A DNA stretch of 64,000 bases from Pelagomonas calceolata (Eukaryota), in NCBI GenBank assembly GCA_918797485.1, contig CAKKNE010000001.1:3410001-3474000 (forward strand). Direction: 5' to 3'. How positions within the stretch are numbered: the stretch's first letter is position 1; the number at the start of each line of letters is the position of its first letter. The position numbers were made by a program, and so were the translations under genes. The notes beneath the pieces are model-generated. The model searched no databases, was not told the DNA's origin, and worked only from the letters and a program-made list of their open reading frames with translations. Of this stretch, positions 57,149-64,000 are shown in pieces.

Positions 57149-58342
57149 CTACCACCCTTCACATCGAGCTGCCCGCTCGCGGCGCGCACTCACTGTGCGG
57201 CGCATCGGGAGGCTTTTGTCCATGCGCAGCCCGACGCCCTCCTCGCTGATCTTGCCGCACCACCAGTCGATGCTGTGGACTTTGCCCTCGATGGGCTCGA
57301 CCTTGGCCAGCTGCTCCTTGATGAAGGCCTCGCGCTCCTCGGGCGAGGCGAGGCGCGAGGGGTTGAGGTGGTGCCCGTGGCCCGGCACGAGGCTTTGCAG
57401 CGCCGGCTCCAGGTGCGAGGTGCGCGGCTGCGGCAGCGCGAGGTAGTCGACGAGCGTGTAGTCCTGGGCTTCGAGGCCGGCGCCGGCGTGCCTCACCACG
57501 CGCACCTGCCGCGTCGCCCACGGCGTGCACGGCGGCGAGCAGTCGGCCGGCTCGAGGCGGTACGCGCGCCGCGCCTCGTCCTTGACCAGCACCCAGAAGT
57601 CGCAGTTGCCCGGGTTGTACACCGCGTCGAACGTCTGCGGCGACCAGTTGAAGTAGCGCATCAGCAGCAGCCGCATCGTCAGCCCGTGCGTCACCACGAG
57701 CAGCGCGTCGTCCGGCCCGGCGCGCCGGCGCCGGAACAGGTCCTGCACGTCGAACGAGCCGCCCAGCAGCGAGTCCCAGAAGGAGGCCGCCCGGTCGTAC
57801 ACGTCGGCGCCGCTCTCGCCCGTCGGCCGGCGGTAGTAGAAGCGACCCACCTCCTCCGCCGTCTGCTTGTGGCGCGGCATGTCCTCGGCCACCTGGAAGT
57901 TCCCAAACTCCTGCTCGCGGACGCGCGGGTCGACGTGGACGCGGCGCACACGCACGTCGCCGAGGTTCTGCTGCAGCGCGTACAGCGTCTGCTGCGTGCG
58001 CTCGAACGGCGAGACGACGGCCGAGACGGTGCCGCCGCCGCCGAGCAGCCTGCGGAGGCGGTGGCCGGCGGCTCGGGCCTGCTCGCGACCCCGGGGCGTC
58101 AGCTCGCTCAGGTTGTCGGGCTTGCGGTTGGGGTTGTCCTCCTGGAGAATCGCGCAGCCCTCGAGGTTGTGCTGCGCCTCGCCGTGCCGGATGAAGATGA
58201 TCTTGCGCGGCAGCCGCCGCCACGCCAGCTCTCGCATCCCATCCTCCAGCCAGCAGAGGAGGACGCGGCGCGCCCGCTCACGAAAGAGGAGCGCAACCGA
58301 CAGGCCGGCGCACGCGAGCAGCTTGGAGGTGCCAGCCGGCAT
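57149..58342 (-). CDS. Histidine phosphatase / phosphoglycerate mutase family protein
   Basis: FIRHGEA, LTPRGREQA, SPFERTQQT, REQEFGN, GESGADVYDR and LVVTHG motifs. Confidence 0.9.
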   Translation of the reverse strand: MPAGTSKLLACAGLSVALLFRERARRVLLCWLEDGMRELAWRRLPRKIIFIRHGEAQHNLEGCAILQEDNPNRKPDNLSELTPRGREQARAAGHRLRRLLGGGGTVSAVVSPFERTQQTLYALQQNLGDVRVRRVHVDPRVREQEFGNFQVAEDMPRHKQTAEEVGRFYYRRPTGESGADVYDRAASFWDSLLGGSFDVQDLFRRRRAGPDDALLVVTHGLTMRLLLMRYFNWSPQTFDAVYNPGNCDFWVLVKDEARRAYRLEPADCSPPCTPWATRQVRVVRHAGAGLEAQDYTLVDYLALPQPRTSHLEPALQSLVPGHGHHLNPSRLASPEEREAFIKEQLAKVEPIEGKVHSIDWWCGKISEEGVGLRMDKSLPMRRTVSARRERAARCEGW

Positions 58343-58350
58343 CGGAATCG

Positions 58351-58571
58351 GATCTCTTGCACTAGATAAAGACACTCCGACCTGCCTTTCGCGTCGGCAG
58401 GCGTCCGACGGGGCTGCCCCAGCTAGGCAGAGGCTGCCTGTGCGGCGTTTTCGGATGCGCAGCGTGATGCTCCGATCGCTTGCGCCCTGCGAACGACGCG
58501 TGCGGCCGTGGGACCGCGACGGCGCGTGGCAGCTCGGAATCTCTCGATCTCTTGCACTAGATAAAGACACT
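58351..58571 (+). repeat. 26-bp perfect direct repeat, 195 bp apart
   Basis: GATCTCTTGCACTAGATAAAGACACT at 58351-58376 and 58546-58571. Confidence 0.9.
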
Positions 58572-58714
58572 AGCAAACTCGGCTTGTGCCGGTGTCCTAG
58601 CTCTATTTACGGCTAGCAGCGATCAGGAGCGGCCCGGGTATATTCATCGCAGCCGCGTTTTGTGCGGACAGCCCGCGCTGCGCCAGACCTGCACCCTCAG
58701 CAGAGCACAGAGCC

Positions 58715-60142
58715 ATGAGCCACTTCGCCCCGCGGCACGACGCTGCATCGCTGGGCACCGTCGGCGTCAAGATCGACGTCGTAAATGGGTTATCAGTAAA
58801 AGAGGCCCACGCCAAGATCGTCGACGAGCACGGCCGGACCCTGGCCAAGAACGACAACGTCAAGAGCGTCGGAGACACGCTTTCATTAGATGCGCAGCCC
58901 CTCCAGTTCGAGGCGCTCGCATCGCTCCAGGGCCCGCTCAAACTCGAGATCCGCGAGCCTGGTAGACTGTACGGCTCGACGGTCGCGTCGTGCACCCTAC
59001 CACTAGACGCCGTGTTGTTACCCTTCGAGGCCGACGTGGAGCTGCCGCTCCAGCCGAAGGGCAGCCTCAAGGCGACGATCTACTTTGCGGATCGACGGCC
59101 GCTCTATGGCTTGGACCTGCGCGCGGCGGCGGCGCGCGGTCGCAATGACGTCCCGGCCGTCGTCGCCGCGTGCTGCGCCTGCCTCGACGCGCTGCCTCCA
59201 GCGAAGCAGCGCGGGCTCTACCGCGTACCGGGCGACAACGCGGAAGTATCAAGGGTGAGGGACGCCCTCGACGCGTCCAGATCTTTTGAGGATGCCTTGC
59301 GAGTCGTTCAAAGCGCGGAGCCAAGTGTAGTTGCGTCGGCGCTCAAGCTCTACCTTAAAGAATTAACGCCCGCGGTACTACGGTGCTCGTCGCGGGCTTA
59401 TGCCGCGTTCACGGCCTCGCAATCCCCATCAAAGCTGCGCGACGCCGTCAGACTATTACCGCCCCACGCGCACTCAACAACAAAGCACCTCTTCGGACAT
59501 CTACGCCGCGTCGCCGACCAGAGCGAGGAGAACAAGATGACGCCGGGCAATCTGGGCGTCTGCTTCGGACCGACGCTGTGCCACGGCGACGACGATTTGA
59601 GTAGCATGGACGCGCACAACGCTATTGTACAAGGTTTGGTGGAGCACTTCGACAGCGTCTTCGCTCCCGAAGTTGACGCCTTCGACGCGCACTTCGACGC
59701 CCTTGCAACGGGAGACACGCTCGACAAGGATGGGTTTGAAGCATTAGCCTACGCGCTCGGGTGCTTCCCCGCCGTCGACGCGGACGCGTTCGCCGACCTC
59801 CCGCGGCGTTGTGAGGATGGCCGGGTTTCTAGGGATGAGTGTCGCGCGTGGTGGGCGCGGCGCGGGCGCGCGACGCCGCCTCCCCTGAATGCGGCGTCGT
59901 ACACGATGGTCGCCTTCTTCTTGAATTATGATGAGAGGCGGGCGGGCGTCCTCGACGACGAGGGTTTTGCGGGGTTGTACCAGGGGCTGCTGGACGCTGG
60001 GTATCAGTTAGCGGGGCCCGAGGCGCTGCTGGCGGAGATGGGCGGGACTTCGTTCCGGGACTTCGTGGGGTGGTTCGAGGGGCTCTGCGCCGCGGCTGAC
60101 GTCGACGAGCTGTGCGCGGCGGCGGACGTCGTCGACATTTGA
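58715..60142 (+). CDS. C2-like / RhoGAP / EF-hand-like protein
   Basis: GLYRVPG (Arg finger), ASALKLYLKEL and NKMTPGNLGVCFGPTL motifs. Confidence 0.88.
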   Translation: MSHFAPRHDAASLGTVGVKIDVVNGLSVKEAHAKIVDEHGRTLAKNDNVKSVGDTLSLDAQPLQFEALASLQGPLKLEIREPGRLYGSTVASCTLPLDAVLLPFEADVELPLQPKGSLKATIYFADRRPLYGLDLRAAAARGRNDVPAVVAACCACLDALPPAKQRGLYRVPGDNAEVSRVRDALDASRSFEDALRVVQSAEPSVVASALKLYLKELTPAVLRCSSRAYAAFTASQSPSKLRDAVRLLPPHAHSTTKHLFGHLRRVADQSEENKMTPGNLGVCFGPTLCHGDDDLSSMDAHNAIVQGLVEHFDSVFAPEVDAFDAHFDALATGDTLDKDGFEALAYALGCFPAVDADAFADLPRRCEDGRVSRDECRAWWARRGRATPPPLNAASYTMVAFFLNYDERRAGVLDDEGFAGLYQGLLDAGYQLAGPEALLAEMGGTSFRDFVGWFEGLCAAADVDELCAAADVVDI

Positions 60143-60172
60143 TGTGACTTATTTTGTGTGTAATATGTTCTA

Positions 60173-60877
60173 TTAATAGAAGCCCACGTGCGCCCAGAAG
60201 AAGACGATGTGGCGGACCATCTCCGGTGGGAGGCCTAGCTTGGGGACGAAGATCGCGACGAGCGCGTCGGCGTGCTGCTTCTCGTGAGCCTTGAACCCGC
60301 CCGGCGTGTCGTGGATCTTCTGGAGGTAGGGGTTGTGGAAAGGTGGCTTCAGGTAGCTCATGTCGGCGCCGGCGCGTAGTAAAATCGGCGCGACGCGACG
60401 AGCGGCCTTGAATCCACAAATTCCCGGCTCCCTATACCAGCACTCTGCGGGACCTCGAGGGTCAGGATCCTTAAGAGGCGACCTTCCATGGCAGTTTTTC
60501 GTGGGGCGCGCGCCCGCATTAAGAAGCAATATCGCGATTCTGTCTGCTGCATAGCGATGAAGTGTCAAATAATGCAACGGCGTGTTGCCGTACTCGTTGG
60601 CCACAGTCGCGTCAGCACCCGCCTCAAGAAGAGCCTCGACAACACCGACATAGTCTTCTCTGCCGGTGTCCACACCACTGAATCCGCACGCCTCGAAAAG
60701 CACTGGCATGCCACGCTCGTCTGGGCTCTCGGGGTCGGCGCCCGCGGCCAGCAACTGGCGCACAACATCGGCCCGCCCCTCGAAGCACGCCCTTTGGAGC
60801 GCCGGAAATTGTGGTCTTTCCTCCTCAGGGAGACGCGCCCAGGTACCGTCAGACTCGTAACCGTCTGAATCCCACAT
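60173..60877 (-). CDS. Ankyrin-repeat protein with C-terminal LPPE-helix motif
   Basis: LLAAGADPE and LLEAGADATVANEYGNTPLH repeats; ends LGLPPEMVRHIVFFW. Confidence 0.85.
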   Translation of the reverse strand: MWDSDGYESDGTWARLPEEERPQFPALQRACFEGRADVVRQLLAAGADPESPDERGMPVLFEACGFSGVDTGREDYVGVVEALLEAGADATVANEYGNTPLHYLTLHRYAADRIAILLLNAGARPTKNCHGRSPLKDPDPRGPAECWYREPGICGFKAARRVAPILLRAGADMSYLKPPFHNPYLQKIHDTPGGFKAHEKQHADALVAIFVPKLGLPPEMVRHIVFFWAHVGFY

Positions 60878-61024
60878 TTTGATTTTTAATTCCCCACAGC
60901 ACTCACAATTCCAGGCCGGCCGACCGCCAGTGATCGCCTCCGATTAAAATGCGTCTGATTCCTTGCTCATAGCCCCCCCTAGGTCTACGCCGCGGCGGCG
61001 CACGAGTTTTAAGTCAGTCGTGGG

Positions 61025-61043
61025 GTAGCGGTAAGACACTAGC
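61025..61043 (+). promoter_or_regulatory. Bipartite CTAG promoter motif (short-spacer variant)
   Basis: GTAGCGGTAAGACACTAGC between divergent genes. Confidence 0.65.
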
Positions 61044-61210
61044 AAGCCAAGCAAGTCGGTGAACATCGCTGCACTTGCTGTACCGGTGCCTATAAATACC
61101 TATAAGCGAGTTTCCCAGAAGCTCTACGATAGCGCATCAAGCGGCCGCATCAACTGCAGCCCAGCGCTGGCCTCACACAAAGCTCTCAGCACACTGCACA
61201 CTGGGCAAAC

Positions 61211-62311
61211 ATGCACTGCGCATTCCTCGTCGTGGCCGTCCTGCGGACGACGCACGCATTCATCGTCTCGCAGCCACGCGTCGGCTCTCGTGCGGCCGCG
61301 TCGAAGACGCCATCGCCGCGACGACGGCCGCTGCACCTGCGCAGCACCAATGATGAAACCACAACATTTGAGCTCGTCGCAACAAACGGGGGTCGCCTCG
61401 ACGCCGTGCTGGCCGAGGCCTACCCCGAGCGGTCGCGCAGCGAGTGGGGCGACTTTGTGAAGCTGGGCTACGTCACAGTGAACGACACGCCGTGCACGAA
61501 GAAGGCCGCGACCGTCAAGGAACGCGACGCCATCGTCGTCGAGCTGCCCGCGTCCACGTTACAGGGAGACGAAAGGACGTGCATCGCAGAGGACCTACCG
61601 CTCGACCTCCTCCTCGAGGACGACCATTTGATGGTGGTGAACAAGGAAGCGGGCATGGTCACGCACCCGGCCCCGGGGCACCGGACGGGCACTCTCGCGA
61701 ACGCCGTGGCGGGCTACTGCGCCCATGACGCCGAGGGGATGGAAAGCGGACGGCCGGGCATCGTGCACCGCCTAGATAGGTTCACGAGCGGGTGCGTCGT
61801 CGTGGCGCGCGACTCGGAGGCGCGGCGGTCGCTCCAGAAGCAGTTTGCCGATCGGACGGTCTCCAAGTTATATTTGGCCGTCGTCGCGCGGCCGCCGCCC
61901 GAGACCGAGAGCGATGCAGATGAGCTTGTGATTGATGAACCGATCGGTCGTCATCCTATTCACCGCGAGCGCATGGCCGTCGTGGAGGGAGGCCGGCGCG
62001 CTGTATCCAGAGTGCGCGTGCTCGCGACGGACGGGAGGAGGTGCGTCGTCCAGGTCGCGATCGAGACGGGCCGCACGCACCAGATCCGCGTCCATTTAGC
62101 CCACGTCGGCGCGCCGGTGCTCGGCGATATTGTGTATGGCGACGCCTCGGCGAACGACCGCGCCGCGAAGGCGCCTTTGTCTGTGACGAGGCCGCTCCTG
62201 CACGCGTGGCGGCTGGGCTTCGACCACCCCGTTTCAAGGAAGCGCGTCGAGGTCGTGGCGCCGCCTCCCCCCGACTTGGCGCGAGCGGTCCGGCAGGTGA
62301 GCGGCCGATGA
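61211..62311 (+). CDS. rluD: RluA/RluD family pseudouridine synthase (likely plastid-targeted)
   Basis: S4-like RLDAVL, VVNKEAGMVTHP, HRLDRFTSG, GRTHQIRVH and LHAWRLGFDHP motifs; leader THA-FIV. Confidence 0.9.
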   Translation: MHCAFLVVAVLRTTHAFIVSQPRVGSRAAASKTPSPRRRPLHLRSTNDETTTFELVATNGGRLDAVLAEAYPERSRSEWGDFVKLGYVTVNDTPCTKKAATVKERDAIVVELPASTLQGDERTCIAEDLPLDLLLEDDHLMVVNKEAGMVTHPAPGHRTGTLANAVAGYCAHDAEGMESGRPGIVHRLDRFTSGCVVVARDSEARRSLQKQFADRTVSKLYLAVVARPPPETESDADELVIDEPIGRHPIHRERMAVVEGGRRAVSRVRVLATDGRRCVVQVAIETGRTHQIRVHLAHVGAPVLGDIVYGDASANDRAAKAPLSVTRPLLHAWRLGFDHPVSRKRVEVVAPPPPDLARAVRQVSGR

Positions 62312-62410
62312 CATGTTGTGATTCACTAACAATAATAATAAGAGTCCTGGCGGCCGCGTCTTCCGTCTTCGCCGCGGCGCGCGCCGATGGCGCCGTCCCG
62401 GGGTGGCCGA

Positions 62411-64000
62411 CTACGGACCGGGATTGCGGTACCACACGACGCCCAACCCAACGTCCTCGCCCAAACCTTCTTCGGACGTTACTATATCAAAAGCGCCGTC
62501 GCCGTCGACGTCGGCGACGCGCACCAAATCGAACTTCGCCCCATCTTGACCAGCGACGTCGACGGGGTCGCATTGGGCCGTCCACGGCTGCGACGGGTCC
62601 CTTCTTAAGTAAAACACTCCGAGCTTTTCATCGGTCGCGTCCTCGCACGATATGACTAGTTCGGGCGCGCCGTCTCCATCGAGGTCGCCCGCCGTCACTG
62701 ATTTCACAGTCGTCCCGATGTCGATATCAGATACGTCGCATCGCAAATGGGTAGAAGACCAGGTCTGGGTCTTATCTCCCGAAGGAGCTTCTAGTACCAC
62801 AACACCTGTGCGCTCCTCCGCGACGACGACGTCCACACTCCCCGTGCCGTACAAATCTACCAGATCGAGCATCATCACCCGCATCGAGACGTCACCAAGC
62901 ATGCGGTGGTGGGGCCAGTCACTGCCATCCAACACTCCGGGGTTCTCGAGCCAAAAAACGCCGGGGCCATCCTTCGTCCCGCGAAACGACACGACCGCAT
63001 CCACTAACCCGTCCCCATCAACATCGTGCGCCGCGAGGGACATGACCCACCGCTCTTCGATGGACGAGCTGATCGGAACGTAGGTCCACTTTGTCGCGTC
63101 GCGCGCGTCGGAACCTTGTTTGAGTACCGCCACAGAGACGGGGCTCTCCTTGGCCCCGACGACGATATCTGTCAAACCGTCCCCGTCGACATCCGTCGAC
63201 GAGGACGCCATCCACTTGCCCACGCCTTCCAGTAATTCCAGCGTCGTCCATTCACCAAACAGATCGGGTGGAGCGAAGTGCAACCTCACGAAGCCCGCGC
63301 CCCAGCTCCCGACCTTCCCCGCCATCCAGCCGCCGGCCTCGGCGCAGCTCACGATGTCTATCAGACCGTCTCCATCGAGGTCGACGAATTCCGCATCTTC
63401 AATTCCGTCCTGGCTCAGTAGGTCTGTTCTATCAGTAAGATTGGCGATGACGACGCGGGGCCACGCCGTTTCACTATCGCCAGGATTGAGGTACGCGGCC
63501 ACCACCCCAGACTCCTCCCAGGGGATGGCGAGGTCGAGAAACCCGTCGCCATCGGCGTCGGCGAGGTGGCTGCCGTCGGCGCCTCGTAGTGATGCGTCGA
63601 CGGTGAAGCGGGCCCAGCCCGTCGTCGGGGTTGGTGATTGTGTGAGTGTCGGTTGCAATGACGGCGCCGGCGACGGTGGTGTGGTCGTCGGTAGTGACGA
63701 CGGCGTGCGCGACGGTAGAGGAGTAGGATGTGGCGTCGGAGCGATGACGGGAGATGCCGTCGGGTTGCCCGGTTTCACTGAAGGCGACGGTGTTGGTGAA
63801 GGCGAGGGCTTCGGCGCAGGAGCCGATGATGAGGGCGCGGACGACGGCATCGACGACGGCGATGGTTGGCTCCGCTTCTTTTTTTTATCAGAGGACACGC
63901 CAAAGACATACCCCAACGCACCAGCACAAGCCATGACAACCACCAACCCCGCGAGCAGCCACCGCCGCCGCTTCCACTTCCACGCTTCTTTACGAGCCAT
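62411..64000 (-). CDS. Membrane-anchored FG-GAP/VCBS-repeat protein with Pro/Ser/Thr stalk (may extend beyond the window)
   Basis: Repeated DxDGDGxxDxV motifs, a PSPSPT-rich linker and an N-terminal TM segment. Confidence 0.85.
   Translation of the reverse strand: MARKEAWKWKRRRWLLAGLVVVMACAGALGYVFGVSSDKKKKRSQPSPSSMPSSAPSSSAPAPKPSPSPTPSPSVKPGNPTASPVIAPTPHPTPLPSRTPSSLPTTTPPSPAPSLQPTLTQSPTPTTGWARFTVDASLRGADGSHLADADGDGFLDLAIPWEESGVVAAYLNPGDSETAWPRVVIANLTDRTDLLSQDGIEDAEFVDLDGDGLIDIVSCAEAGGWMAGKVGSWGAGFVRLHFAPPDLFGEWTTLELLEGVGKWMASSSTDVDGDGLTDIVVGAKESPVSVAVLKQGSDARDATKWTYVPISSSIEERWVMSLAAHDVDGDGLVDAVVSFRGTKDGPGVFWLENPGVLDGSDWPHHRMLGDVSMRVMMLDLVDLYGTGSVDVVVAEERTGVVVLEAPSGDKTQTWSSTHLRCDVSDIDIGTTVKSVTAGDLDGDGAPELVISCEDATDEKLGVFYLRRDPSQPWTAQCDPVDVAGQDGAKFDLVRVADVDGDGAFDIVTSEEGLGEDVGLGVVWYRNPGP

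Noticed and set aside
60878..60900. GATTTTTAATTCCCCACAG resembling an introner right TIR
   Set aside because: Weak match with no partner TIR or TSD, and it does not interrupt a CDS.
1..64000. tRNA, rRNA, snRNA genes and an autonomous transposase for the introners
   Set aside because: None was recognisable by eye; tRNAscan-SE, Infernal and transposase HMM searches would be needed to exclude them.

Overview
Gene-dense, GC-rich eukaryotic nuclear DNA with about 45 protein-coding genes, mostly alternating head-to-head and tail-to-tail. It is most consistent with a pelagophyte stramenopile alga (Pelagomonas/Aureococcus-like); this is inferred from introner-type introns, plastid-type leader peptides and composition. 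Housekeeping genes include SUMO, TOP3A, mitochondrial EF-Tu, plastid-type RF1, EFG1, a kinesin, an ABCB transporter, SulP, a DHHC enzyme and RluD. Several structures are not visible in the ORF track. (1) A SelK-like selenoprotein gene (1672-2112, minus) has a C-terminal GGGGG-UGA-G-stop, a second in-frame UGA, and a CC-loop SECIS nested inside a longer stem with a second GA-core. (2) At least nine introner elements have 13-bp TIRs (CTGTGTGGAAATC...GATTTCCACACAG), most with recognisable 8-bp TSDs, and form GT/GC-AG introns; TIR-less relatives also occur. (3) A bipartite CTAGCG-spacer-ACACTAGC motif sits in most divergent promoters. (4) An OCRL/INPP5B-like gene is internally deleted at an introner-like junction. 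(5) Several unusual domain fusions or prokaryote/phage-like domains are present (HicA-like, YqaJ, NTP-transferase/HAD/kinase, PUB-UBA-UBX-E2). All family calls come from motif recognition by eye; no database searches were run.
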